Shown: positions 38,810 to 51,066, numbered from the stretch's first letter. The stretch is DNA of 64,000 bases from Candidatus Entotheonellaceae bacterium (GCA_965238075.1 OZ250173.1:2560001-2624000), one strand, 5' to 3'. Notes: generated by a model not told the origin, from the sequence alone. Translations and numbers: made by a program.

Positions 38810-38924
38810 TAGATCCGGGTTCACTGGATTCCGGGGCCTGCCCCGGACCTGATCCGGGGTCAAGCCCGGAATGACGCCTCTTGGATGGTTCATTCAGAAC
38901 CGAAAAAGCCCTAATTCTATCTGC

Positions 38925-40073
38925 TCAGCCCTTCTTCAACGCCGGAATGACGTCCCGCCCCAGCAGTTCCAGCGACCGCATGGTTGCCTTGTGCGGCATG
39001 GCGCCGGCCTGTGCCTCCAGCAGCAAGGAGCCAAAGCCGAGCTTGTCCCGCATGTGGCTGAGCTTTTCCAGCACGGTCTGCGGGCTGCCCACCACCAGGT
39101 GATAGGCGTCCTGCAATTCCTCGTAGCTGAGCAGGTGCAGCGGCTTGCGGTCGCCGCTCGGCGCGCCGCCGCGGTGCGGACGCAGCGGCCGTCGGCGCCC
39201 GAGGTAACCCGGTGGCGCCCAGTACTCCGCGGGACCGCGCAGCGGATGCCCCATGCGCCACATGTAATGTTTACCGATCTCTTGCGCCTCCTCATCCGTG
39301 TCCGCACAAACGCAGCACACCATGTAGGCGAAATTGTCCGAGGTGGCCTCGTAGCCGGCCTCGGCGGCGTGCTCGCGGTAGGCGTCGTACAGGCGCACCG
39401 TGGCGTCCATCGGCACCAGAAACGCGGCGTAGGTGTAGCCGTGCTTCGCCGCCCACACGATAGTCTCCGGGCTGCCCGTGCCCGGCACCCAGATCGGCGG
39501 GTGCGGCTTCTGCACCGGCAGCACCCAGGGATTGATGACCCGGAAGTGATAATGGGTGCCCTCCCAGCGAAACGGCCCGGGCCGCGTCCAGGCGGCCAGC
39601 ATGAGGTCGTGGCATTCCTCGAAGCGCTCGCGGTTGTGGTTCGGGATGGTGTTGTTGGCCCACGACTCGATGCCGATGCCGCGTACCACGCCGGCGATGA
39701 TGCGGCCGCCGGAAATCACGTCCGCCATGGCCACCTCTTCGGCGAGGCGCACCGGGTTGTCGGTCGTCGGCAGCATGTTGCCCAGCAGCAGAATTTTCGC
39801 CCGTTTGGTGACCCGCCCCAGCACCGCAGCGGACAGATTGACCGCCACGTCCATGCACGACGGCGTGTTGTGATGCTCATTGATCATCAGGCCGTCGAAC
39901 CCCACTTCTTCGGCCCACTGGTACTGGTCGAAATAGTCCCGGAACAAGCCGTGCGCGGTGTCGGCGTCGAAGTACGAGTTGGGGAAGGTGAGGCGCATGG
40001 AGGGGTAGCGCTCCGCTTCCGTTTCGTCGAAGGCGGCGTAGGGCATTTCGGTGAAGTAGTAGACATCGACCAT
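38925..40073 (-). CDS. LLM-class (luciferase-like) flavin-dependent monooxygenase
   Basis: AEEVGFDG...NEHH, PVRLAEE.AM.DVISGGR, P.QKPHPPIW. Confidence 0.92.
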   Translation of the reverse strand: MVDVYYFTEMPYAAFDETEAERYPSMRLTFPNSYFDADTAHGLFRDYFDQYQWAEEVGFDGLMINEHHNTPSCMDVAVNLSAAVLGRVTKRAKILLLGNMLPTTDNPVRLAEEVAMADVISGGRIIAGVVRGIGIESWANNTIPNHNRERFEECHDLMLAAWTRPGPFRWEGTHYHFRVINPWVLPVQKPHPPIWVPGTGSPETIVWAAKHGYTYAAFLVPMDATVRLYDAYREHAAEAGYEATSDNFAYMVCCVCADTDEEAQEIGKHYMWRMGHPLRGPAEYWAPPGYLGRRRPLRPHRGGAPSGDRKPLHLLSYEELQDAYHLVVGSPQTVLEKLSHMRDKLGFGSLLLEAQAGAMPHKATMRSLELLGRDVIPALKKG

Positions 40074-40095
40074 CGTCGTCTCCTTATGCCTCTTG

Positions 40096-40893
40096 CTAGC
40101 AGGCTTGGAACGTCAGGAAGGGTAGAGCGGCAGCGAGGAATGCGTCGGGCCTTTCGACTTGCGGCGAGTGGCCGCAGCGGTCGATCACGGTCAGCCCGGC
40201 AGCGGGAATGGCCTGCTGGTACAATTCGCCGCACTCGACCGGCACAATAGCGTCTTGCTTACCCCAGACGATCAGCGTCGGCAGCTTCACCTGGGCCATC
40301 AGGTGGGGCATCTTGGGGTTGTGCATGTAGGGTTTCCAGGTCAGCAGGGCGGCCATTTCACGGTCCCAGGCGGCGGTTTGGCGAGCCTCGGGGGTCGGCT
40401 CCTGGCCGAACAGGGCGTCGTAATCCGGCACCTGCGCGGCGTCATAGAACCGCAGCGCGTTCACTTCCTCAGAGGTCAGCAGGAAGATGTCGGCGATCTC
40501 GGCGTCGCGGGGTTTCATGCCGGCGGCGCCGACCAGCACCATGCGGCTGAGGAGTGCCGGGCACATGGCGGCCATTTCCGCCGCCAGCCAGCCGCCCATG
40601 GAGAAGCCGACCACCGGCAGCGGACCGAGCCCTTTTTCCTCCATGAACCAGCGGTAGAAATAGGCCAGATCGTGCACCCGCTCCATCCAGTCGGGCCGGT
40701 CCGAGGCGCCGAAACCGGGGTGCGACGGGGCGATGACGCGAAAATGCGCCGCCAGCGCCTCGCAGTACGGCATCCAACCCGGATTGCCGCCGGCCCCGTG
40801 CAGCACCAGCAGCGGCTCGCCGCTGCCGCCGCTGAAGACCTGGGTGTCAAGGCCCGCAACGCTTATCGTTTCTTCCTGCCAATTGCTCGCCAC
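40096..40893 (-). CDS. Alpha/beta hydrolase
   Basis: LHGAGG, GFSMGG nucleophile elbow, WGKQD, CGH.PQVE. Confidence 0.9.
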   Translation of the reverse strand: MASNWQEETISVAGLDTQVFSGGSGEPLLVLHGAGGNPGWMPYCEALAAHFRVIAPSHPGFGASDRPDWMERVHDLAYFYRWFMEEKGLGPLPVVGFSMGGWLAAEMAAMCPALLSRMVLVGAAGMKPRDAEIADIFLLTSEEVNALRFYDAAQVPDYDALFGQEPTPEARQTAAWDREMAALLTWKPYMHNPKMPHLMAQVKLPTLIVWGKQDAIVPVECGELYQQAIPAAGLTVIDRCGHSPQVERPDAFLAAALPFLTFQAC

Positions 40894-40980
40894 GCTGCTT
40901 CTCCTATCGCTCGCTGCGTTCGCGCTACTCGTTCCATACGCACGCCTACGCTTCGCTTTCGGCGTGCTGTGGACGCGCCG

Positions 40981-41430
40981 CTATGCCAATTCGCCGACGA
41001 CGCGCAGCATCTCCTGCGGGTCCGGCAGCACGCCCGGCGAATAGGTCTGCCGGTAGCGGATGAGGCCGCCTTTGTCGATGATAATCACCCCGCGCCGCGA
41101 GGTGCCCCGCTCCTCGTTCCACAGATCGTACGTCTGCGCCACCTGCCCCTTCGGGTGCCAATCCGACATCTCCGGGTACGGCAGGCCGCCCATGGTGGCG
41201 GCCCAGGCCCGATGCGCAGCGACGTGATCACAGCTAATCCCCAACACCTGGGTATCGAGCTCCTCCAGCCGGTCGTGAATACGCCGGAAGGAGACCGCCT
41301 GCTCGGTTCAGCCGCCGGTGAAATCGAAAATGTGGAAGGAGAGGATGACGTGCTTTTGCCCGCGGTACTGGCTCAGGGTGATGTCGCCGTCTGTCGATGG
41401 AAGGGTAAACTCAGGCGCCGTCTGACCCAC
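40981..41430 (-). CDS. Selenocysteine peroxiredoxin (AhpE/AhpC-TSA-like; Sec at UGA 41308-41310)
   Basis: Manual translation VGQTAPEFTLPSTDGDITLSQYRGQKHVILSFHIFDFTGG-UGA-TEQ...LGISCD; the RBS-linked ATG at 41441 is out of frame. Confidence 0.82.
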
Positions 41431-41649
41431 TGCCCTGCCATGGTGTGTCCTTTCCGTTAAGGATTTGCGTGAGGGTGTGCGGCTCCGGGTTCGGGAGCGG
41501 CGACAGTATAGCGTAATTCAGGTTGGCCGCATAAAGCGCCGTGGCCGTTAAGCAAAGCGTTGTTTTTGCTTGACTCACCTGGGGCAGAGGCATAGTGTGG
41601 CGACATCATACCGGTTCATGGTTCTTGGAATTGTGTAGGGAGGGTTAAG

Positions 41650-42900
41650 ATGGCAAAGCCAGTCAGTCACGTGGTAACACGACCGGGAAGGCGACAGGGT
41701 GATCCGGACGTCACGATCCCTGTTGCCGAAGAACTCGCCACCGTACCTGGAATTCCTCTCAAGGAAGAAGACCTCAGCTTTTACAGCCGGGTGTATCCTC
41801 AGGAAACGCAAAACATCGAGAAAGCCGCCGACCGCGAGTGGGTATGGACGGTCTACAGCGACGAGATGGCCGCCTACCGGCGCTATCACGATGAAGTCAG
41901 CGAGCCGCTCATCGACGCTGCCGCGGTTTCCGGCGATCTCGAGCCGACCGGTACGCCGGACCCGGAGCTGAACGTCACCGAGGCCATTCGCAGCAAAGCC
42001 CGTGAGCTGGGATTCAACGAGGCTGGGTTCACTAAGCACGACAAGCGCTTCACCTACACCCGCAAGAAACGCTGGATCAAATACCCGCACGCGATTTGCC
42101 TGGCCCTGGAACAGGATTACGTGCAGACGCAATCGATCCCCAGCATGGACGCGGAGTACGCCCACTTCGGCACCTACGAGATGGAAGGCGCGTTCCTGCT
42201 GGACCTGGCCGACTACATTCGCTCCCTGGGCTATCACGCCCAGGTGCACAGCCCCAATGACAACAGCGCTCCGTACATTCCCATGTTCGTCAGCGCGGGG
42301 CTGGGCCAACTCGGCGCCAATGGCCAGTTGCTGTCGCCGCACTTCGGGTCGCGCGCCCGTTTGGCGATGATCACCACCGACGCGCCGGTGACGCACGACG
42401 AGCCCGTCGATTACGGCATTCACGAATTCTGCCAGCGTTGCCAAGTGTGCGCCAACCGCTGCCCGGGCCGCGCCATCGTGCGCGACAAGGTGTGGTGGCG
42501 CGGTGTCGAAAAGAACAAGCTGATCTACGAACGCTGCCGTCCGGTGATGGCCCGCTACGAAGGCTGTGCCGTGTGCATGAAGACCTGCCCGATTCAGCGC
42601 TTCGGCATGCCCGCCGTCATGGAACACTTTGTCGAGACCGGTGAGGTGCTCGGCAAGGGCACGCACCTGCTTGAGGGCTATACCTTCAAGGAAAAGGGCT
42701 ATCACGGCCCCGGCGAGTTGCCGCAGTTTGACCGGCAGTTCTTCGAAATCCCGCACGGGCGCAAGGAAGACTGGCTGTTCGAGCAGTTCAAGGAACGCCT
42801 GATGAAGGAAGGGGTCCCCGAGGAGGGCGGCCTGCAAGAGTTCGCGCAGCAGGTCAAGGTCATCCTGGATCAGGGGAACTCGACCATCGGCGATGAGTAG
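41650..42900 (+). CDS. Reductive dehalogenase-like cobalamin/2x[4Fe-4S] protein without TAT signal
   Basis: LADYIRSLGYHA, AGLGQLGANG.L.SP.FGSR.RL..ITTD.P, CQRCQVCANRCP, C-x9-CAVCMKTCP. Confidence 0.8.
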   Translation: MAKPVSHVVTRPGRRQGDPDVTIPVAEELATVPGIPLKEEDLSFYSRVYPQETQNIEKAADREWVWTVYSDEMAAYRRYHDEVSEPLIDAAAVSGDLEPTGTPDPELNVTEAIRSKARELGFNEAGFTKHDKRFTYTRKKRWIKYPHAICLALEQDYVQTQSIPSMDAEYAHFGTYEMEGAFLLDLADYIRSLGYHAQVHSPNDNSAPYIPMFVSAGLGQLGANGQLLSPHFGSRARLAMITTDAPVTHDEPVDYGIHEFCQRCQVCANRCPGRAIVRDKVWWRGVEKNKLIYERCRPVMARYEGCAVCMKTCPIQRFGMPAVMEHFVETGEVLGKGTHLLEGYTFKEKGYHGPGELPQFDRQFFEIPHGRKEDWLFEQFKERLMKEGVPEEGGLQEFAQQVKVILDQGNSTIGDE

Positions 42901-42934
42901 GTTTCAACTGACGATTTGACGAATGAAGTAACGT

Positions 42935-42970
42935 ACGGGGCCAGCGCGGTTAGCTGGCCCCGTTGTGCTT
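42935..42970 (+). terminator. Probable intrinsic terminator
   Basis: ACGGGGCCAGC-N7-GCTGGCCCCGT followed by TGTGCTT. Confidence 0.5.
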
Positions 42971-42994
42971 CCGGCATCAGAAGGAGGGAAGGGG

Positions 42995-43180
42995 ATGTTT
43001 GAGAAGGACCATCTGGACGCCTTGTTTGCCGAACTGGACAGCGAATGGCGCGGCTCGGTCGATTTCGACCAACTAAGCCGCGATGCGCACCTCGGCATCG
43101 CCCTCAGCGACGCCGGCCGGCCCCTGGAGGACCGCATTGATTCCCGTGTGATCGCGCTTATCGACAAGCACAAGCCGTAA
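42995..43180 (+). CDS. Small hypothetical protein
   Basis: Strong RBS (GGAAGGGG), host-like codon usage. Confidence 0.65.
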   Translation: MFEKDHLDALFAELDSEWRGSVDFDQLSRDAHLGIALSDAGRPLEDRIDSRVIALIDKHKP

Positions 43181-43275
43181 TGCCACCGCGCAAGAGCGCT
43201 TCGAGGTTCAGTCTCTTCGTTCTATATCGTTAGGCGTAGAGAGGGCTGCAACTCGGACGTGTAAAAGGCGGGGGC

Positions 43276-43500
43276 ATGATGGACCTTCAGCCTGTAACCC
43301 TGGCTCAACTGCTGCAACCGGTCGTGACGGCTGGCATCGGCTTGGCACAATGTGTCCTGATATGGACTGGCCTGCGACAGATGCGAGCAGCCTCGGCAGC
43401 AAGGGACCGGCAACTGGATGCCACGGACCGAAAGACAGATGCCCAACTGGGAGCGCTATCGGTTCTCATTGAGCGGACCGGCGGCAGGGGAACGGTCTGA
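43276..43500 (+). CDS. Small membrane-anchored hypothetical protein
   Basis: One hydrophobic helix then a short coiled coil. Confidence 0.55.
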   Translation: MMDLQPVTLAQLLQPVVTAGIGLAQCVLIWTGLRQMRAASAARDRQLDATDRKTDAQLGALSVLIERTGGRGTV

Positions 43501-43619
43501 ATGGATTAAAGCCTTCTTTTCTCGACTTCGAAGCGGGTCGCCTCAGGCCGGAATTTCAACATCGTCCTTCTTACCCTTTCAACCGCGAATGGAGATGACA
43601 CCCTCTTAGCCTGTGGTCC

Positions 43620-44081
43620 TTACGTTTGGAGTTCCCCCAGACATGCCTGCCAGCGGCGCGACAACTCTTCGAGGCACTGCTGCGTCGAATCCGCCCGTCC
43701 GTCACCGTGCTGAAAGACCGACGCGCTGTGGTCGGTGAGGCCTCGTACTGCGGTACGCAGACGGGCCTGGGCCTGTTCCATCTGGTCGGCCAACTGGGCC
43801 ACGGTGCGTCCGGTCAGGCGGCCAACGGCGCGGGCGTCCATGTCGTCGGCTGAAGCATGGATGCGGACCGGCGCGCCGCCCGCGGCTACCGATTCCATGC
43901 CGTCGGCGGCCGTTGCGCTCCACCACACGAGCTGGCACAGTGTTTCGCGCGGCCCATACGTCCCCATTTTGATTCTGCCCTCGGTTTCCAACTGACGAAG
44001 CTGTGTCAGTCCCGTCTCAACCTGTTTATCCAACGCTGTAATCAGGTCGTCAATCGATAGCGTCTCTGTCATGTGAAGCAT
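43620..44081 (-). CDS. DinB/YfiT-like helical protein
   Basis: YGPRETLCQLVWW pattern; RBS GGAGGGG; metal His residues not evident. Confidence 0.55.
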   Translation of the reverse strand: MLHMTETLSIDDLITALDKQVETGLTQLRQLETEGRIKMGTYGPRETLCQLVWWSATAADGMESVAAGGAPVRIHASADDMDARAVGRLTGRTVAQLADQMEQAQARLRTAVRGLTDHSASVFQHGDGRADSTQQCLEELSRRWQACLGELQT

Positions 44082-44327
44082 CCCCTCCTAAGGTCCCGTC
44101 ATTGATCGTTTACCAGCATGCGGAAAGCCTGATAGTGCGTTGTTATAGACGCGGCATGGGCGGGTGTCAACAAAGCCGGACGTGTGAAAAGGTGGCAATA
44201 TGTGTAGACATTCACAAACGGATGGGCTATAGAAAACGCGTGTTTCTGACATGAATTCAGGCGCTGATTCGCCCGCCGGAATGGGGGTCGACAGGCCGCC
44301 ACGCCGGACACTAGAGGAGGCAAAACT

Positions 44328-44684
44328 GTGGAAGAGCGAACGATACTGACGGCACTGGGGAATATCGTGGATTCTCTTGGGACGTTGTCGCTCGTTGCGA
44401 CAGCGCCGGACGATCCCTTGGCGCTGCCGGAGCCTCCAGGCCCGGAGCAGATCGCGGCGTATGAGACGCACGTCAGCGCGGTCAAAGACCAAGTGGATGC
44501 GAGCTACCACTCCCTGCTGGCCATGTCGGTGCGGGATTACCAGGCGGGCTACGCCGACCGCGCGGGGCTGTACCTGCTGGAGTTTCTGGGCAAACTCAAG
44601 GAAGAGCCCGACTATGACCGGACCTTCTCCGCCGAGGGCCAGCGCACCCTGGCCACGTGTGTCGCCGACCTGCGCGAGCTTTAA
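44328..44684 (+). CDS. Hypothetical protein
   Basis: RBS GAGGAGG, GC-rich third positions. Confidence 0.7.
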   Translation: MEERTILTALGNIVDSLGTLSLVATAPDDPLALPEPPGPEQIAAYETHVSAVKDQVDASYHSLLAMSVRDYQAGYADRAGLYLLEFLGKLKEEPDYDRTFSAEGQRTLATCVADLREL

Positions 44685-44750
44685 GGGTGTCCACCAACAT
44701 CGAACAAGACAACGTTTGACAAACCTGCCATCAATCAACACGTTGCGGCT

Positions 44751-44804
44751 ATGATCAAGAGCATCAAGCACAAGGCGCTCCGCAACTACTGGAGATGTCC
44801 CTGA
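44751..44804 (+). pseudogene. N-terminal remnant of a HigB (RelE-family) toxin
   Basis: MIKSIKHKALRNYW then unrelated sequence and stop; upstream TTGACA within an imperfect palindrome. Confidence 0.65.
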
Positions 44805-44914
44805 ACGCATACGGATGTCTTAGAGCGGTTTTCGCGCCTATATGGGGATATCCGCAGCGGTGTAAGGCGTCGGACAAAGACGTGCACCCGAGCGGCCCTG
44901 CGCCTGCGTTGGCG

Positions 44915-45016
44915 TAACCCCCCAACCCCCCCTTGTCAGGGGGGCTTTGGAGGTGTTGTCCTTGTGCCCTTGCGGTCTTCAGAAATTCCCCCCTGATAAG
45001 GGGGGCAAGGGGGTTC
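44915..45016. repeat. CCCCCCTT-N-AGGGGGG palindromic repeat pair
   Basis: TAACCCCCCAACCCCCCTTGTCAGGGGGG is the reverse complement of ~6171-6199. Confidence 0.75.
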
Positions 45017-45218
45017 TATCCCCGACAACAAATCCCTGGCCGAAAAGGCGCGTTAGAGCCGCAAAAACCCAACCCCCGCAGAGCCCATGTGCTGGACGAG
45101 GTCCTGCAAAACAAACGCCGCGGTCACGAACGATCTCGATGCGGCGCATCACAACATGACGCGTAGATGGGCCAGACATACGAACGCAAACCGCTCTATG
45201 GCCTGGGAGGTGAGATCA

Positions 45219-45660
45219 TGCTTTCCAAATCCGCCGCACGGGCGTTCTTTCTGATCGGCACCGTCGGGTTTTCGGTCATTTTCCTGCTGCTGACGCTCGA
45301 CACCATCCGTCGCGTGCCGGATCAGACCAACGCCGCTAACCTGACGCCGTAGGCGATTGCGGGCAAGCACCTGTGGGACAAGAACAACTGCATGGGCTGC
45401 CACACCATCCTGGGCGAGGGCGCCTATTACGCGCCGGAGCTGACCAAGGTATACGAACGGCGCGGGCCGGCGTTCATCAAGGCGATGTTGCGCGACCCGG
45501 AGGCCATGTATCCCGGGCAGCGGCGCATGGTGAAGTACGACTTCACGGACGAGGAAATGGAGGCCATGGTCGCCTTCCTCAAGTGGATCGGCGAGATGGA
45601 CCTCAACGGCTTTCCGCCCGAGCCCACCTTGCTGCCATGGCGGTGCAGACGCCGGTGGCC
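45219..45660 (+). pseudogene. norC: Nitric oxide reductase cytochrome c subunit, disrupted
   Basis: MLSKSAARAFF...LTP-TAG(45350-52)-AIAGKHLWDKNNCMGCHTILGEGAYYAPELTKV..RRM. Confidence 0.85.
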
Positions 45661-46456
45661 AAGGATGCGGTGGCCGCTATTCTGCGCAAGCACGCCCGTG
45701 TGATGTGCGAGGTGCGCCTGCTGCTCGACAAGCTGCGGCATCAACGCCGGTTGCGGAACCGGCAAACCGAGGGGACGGACATTGACGTTGACGCGGTCGT
45801 GGACCGCTACGCCACGGTGCGCGGCGGTCAGCGGCCCGACGACCGGCTGTACCTGGCGCAGCGGCGGCAGCGGCGTGATCTGGTGACCCTGCTGCTGATC
45901 GACATGAGCGCTTCGACCGACGCCTGGATTGAGGGCTCACGGGTACTCGACATCGCCACGGAATCGGCGCTGGTGCTGGGGGAGGTGTTGTCGCAGTGGG
46001 GGGATCGGGTCGGCATGGCCGGGTTCTACAGCAATACCCGGCGTGACTGCCGATTCGTCATGCTGAAGCCGTTTGACGCCGACTGGCACCGCAGCCGAGC
46101 CGCTGCTCACGGGTCTCGAACCGACGGGCTACACCCGCATCGGCCCCGCCGTGCGCCATGGCACCGCGCTGCTGCAGGGCCAGCGGTCCGCCAGGAAGCT
46201 GTTGCTGTTGCTGTTGCTCAGCGACGGCAAGCCGATCGATTACGACCGCTATGAGGGGCGCTACGGCATCGCCGACATTCGCCAGGCCATTCGGGAAGCG
46301 CACCACAGCCGCATCCACACCTACGCCCTGGCCATCGACGTGCAGGCGAAGCTTTACCTGCCGCAGATGTTCGGCAGCGGTTCGTTCCGCATCCTGCCGC
46401 ACCCGACGCATCTGGTGCGCGGCTTGTCCGAGGTGTACGGTCAATTGGCGCGTTGA
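45660..46456 (+). pseudogene. norD: NorD VWA C-terminal fragment, frameshifted near 46095
   Basis: GTDIDVDAVV, DRLY, LLIDMSAST, YTRIGPAVRH, SDGKPIDYDRYEGRYGIAD across two frames. Confidence 0.82.
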
Positions 46457-46498
46457 GACGGCGGCGCGATGGCCGCCGTCAAAAGCAAAGGCAGGGAG

Positions 46499-48894
<2,396 letters not shown>

Positions 48895-49104
48895 ACTTCC
48901 TCCCATTCTGAATTCAGATAAACGAGAGCAGCGCTCTCAATAGGTTTCACATGAATAGCCGAGCCTTCCGTTGGTCATTCCGGCGGGAAGCCGGAACCCA
49001 GCGGCCTGGGCCACCAGAAAATTCCTGAACTCCGGCATTTGCCGGAGTGACGTGGATTTGCCAGCGAAAGGTAGGCATCGGGGACTTACTTACGCAGGTA
49101 ATTC

Positions 49105-50103
49105 CTAACCCTGGGGAAACAGATCGTGCATTTCGGGAATGACCCACAGCGGCGGCTCGCCGGCGGCAACGCGCCGGATGTTGGCGTAGCCGTTGTGGAA
49201 ACGCTTGCGGAAGCTGTCCACGGTAGGTCCGGCGCTGTGCGGCGTCAGCGTCACGTTGGGCAAGGTGAGCAACGGGTTGGACGGGTCCGTCGGTTCCTGC
49301 GCCAGGGTGTCGAGCCCGGCGGCCAGGATACGGCCTTGCTGCAGGGCGTCGAACAGCGCCGCCTCGTCCACCACCTCGCCGCGGCAGGTGTTGATCAGGA
49401 CCGCCTTGGTCTTCATGCGGGCCAGCGCCCCGGCGTTCATCATGTCCCGGGTGTCGTGGTTGAGGGGCACGTGCAGGCTCACCACGTCGGCAGTTTCCAG
49501 CAAGGTTTCCAACGACACGTAGCGCACGCCGAGGCGTTCTTCCTCCTCGGCGCTGCGCCGGAAGGCGTCGTGATAGATGACGCTAGCGTCGAACGCCCTG
49601 ATCCGCTGGGCCACCTGCTGGCCGATGTTGCCCAGGCCGACGAGGCCGACCGTCTTCCCGGCCAACTCGTACATGTCGACCGTGCGTGGGACGCCGCTGT
49701 GCCACTTACCGGCGGCCACGTTTTGATGCAAGACGACAAGCTTGCGGTACACGGCCAGCATAAGCATGATGGCGTGCTCGGCCACCGCCACCGAATTGGC
49801 GCCGCCGTTTGAGCACACCGGCACCCGCGCCGCTCGCGCCCCGGCGATGTTGACCTGGTCGTACCCAGCGCTCAGTACCTGCACCAGCTTGAGCCGCGTC
49901 GCCGCCGCAAACGCCTCGTCCGGCAGATGCCGCACAAAGCCCAGCAGGTACTCCGCCTCACGCATGGCGGCCGCGATTTCGCCGTCCGGCGTGCCAACCG
50001 GCAGATGCTGCAGGCTGAACCCCTCGGGCGCCATGTCACCTGCCAGAGCCACGATATCGGGCGGCATCTCAATACCCTGCGTGAAAACAATCGTTTCCTG
50101 CAC
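49105..50103 (-). CDS. D-2-hydroxyacid dehydrogenase
   Basis: SVAVAEHA, GLGNIG, INTCRG, LTPHSAG. Confidence 0.92.
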   Translation of the reverse strand: MQETIVFTQGIEMPPDIVALAGDMAPEGFSLQHLPVGTPDGEIAAAMREAEYLLGFVRHLPDEAFAAATRLKLVQVLSAGYDQVNIAGARAARVPVCSNGGANSVAVAEHAIMLMLAVYRKLVVLHQNVAAGKWHSGVPRTVDMYELAGKTVGLVGLGNIGQQVAQRIRAFDASVIYHDAFRRSAEEEERLGVRYVSLETLLETADVVSLHVPLNHDTRDMMNAGALARMKTKAVLINTCRGEVVDEAALFDALQQGRILAAGLDTLAQEPTDPSNPLLTLPNVTLTPHSAGPTVDSFRKRFHNGYANIRRVAAGEPPLWVIPEMHDLFPQG

Positions 50104-50363
50104 CCCGTCCTCCGAAACAATCGGTCGGATTCGCGACTCGTAATCCGACTTGTCGCTTGATCGGTTGCCGCTTAAAGCTAAGTACCCTACCTTAGCCCAT
50201 TGTCTGACTGCAAGTTTTTTTCCGTGCGTTCAGGGGTGTGGAAAGTGAACAGGGTAGAGTCGGTGGATGGTTGACCTCGCCGGGTGGGAGCAGGGATGGC
50301 ATCGGTTGACGACATGACATTGTGTAGCTACGATCTTGTCGTTATGAAATTGAAGCTAAGCCA

Positions 50364-50654
50364 TTGCGCTGGACGTGGGACGACGCCAAGAACCGCGTCA
50401 ATAAACGGAAGCATCGCCTCAGCTTCGAGACGGCGCAATTCGTATTCGATGACCCGCTGTCGGCGCACCGCCCGGATCTGGGTTCGGACGAAGAACGATG
50501 GCACACCATCGGTATGATCAGCGGCGTGGTCGTGATCGTGGCGCATACATGGCCCGAACCGCAACCTGGAAGCCATGTCGAAGTGGGTCGTATCATCAGT
50601 GCTCGGAAAGCCACGACGCATGAAAGGAGAGCCTATGAAGAAGGGAGTTACTAA
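50364..50654 (+). CDS. brnT: BrnT toxin
   Basis: WDDAKNRVNKRKHRLSFE.A..VF.DP, EERW, RIISARKAT.HER. Confidence 0.9.
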   Translation: MRWTWDDAKNRVNKRKHRLSFETAQFVFDDPLSAHRPDLGSDEERWHTIGMISGVVVIVAHTWPEPQPGSHVEVGRIISARKATTHERRAYEEGSY

Positions 50655-50925
50655 AAAACTCACTCAGGAACAAAAGGCGGAGGTCCGGACGCTTGCGAAC
50701 CTTCCCGACGAGGCGATCGATACCAGCGACGTGCCTGAGATTCTGGATTGGTCCGGTGCTAGGCGCGGTCTCCTGTACCGGCCGGTCAAGCAACAGATCA
50801 CCCTGCGGCTGGATGCCGACGTGGTGTCATGGTTCAAAGCAAACGTTCCGAACGGCCGGGGCTACCAGACCGAGATCAACCGCGTGCTTCGCGAGCATGC
50901 TCGACGAGCTTTGAGTCAGGCGTAG
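50635..50925 (+). CDS. brnA: BrnA antitoxin
   Basis: IDTSDVPE, KQQITLRLDADVV.WFK, GYQTEINRVLR. Confidence 0.9.
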   Translation: MKKGVTKKLTQEQKAEVRTLANLPDEAIDTSDVPEILDWSGARRGLLYRPVKQQITLRLDADVVSWFKANVPNGRGYQTEINRVLREHARRALSQA

Positions 50926-51066
50926 GGGCACCCGCCCGCCGTTGCCCCATCACAAATTTGCTTTTGCCTTCAAGCCGCAAGGTGTGCTACGGTTGCCGGA
51001 TTCTGCAGGTTGTTCCGATCTCCTCAACACGATCAATCGTTGCAAGACAATAAGCGGGACTCGTCT

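Noticed and set aside
43229-43500. Integron cassette around the small membrane gene (GTTAGGC upstream)
   Set aside because: No GCCTAAC inverse core or attC palindrome after the stop.
45138-45150. FNR/NnrR box upstream of norC
   Set aside because: GATGCG-G-CGCATC is palindromic but does not fit TTGAT-N4-ATCAA; too weak to call.
45350-45352. Pyrrolysine or amber readthrough in norC
   Set aside because: The locus has further frameshifts and a large deletion; simple nonsense mutation is more parsimonious.
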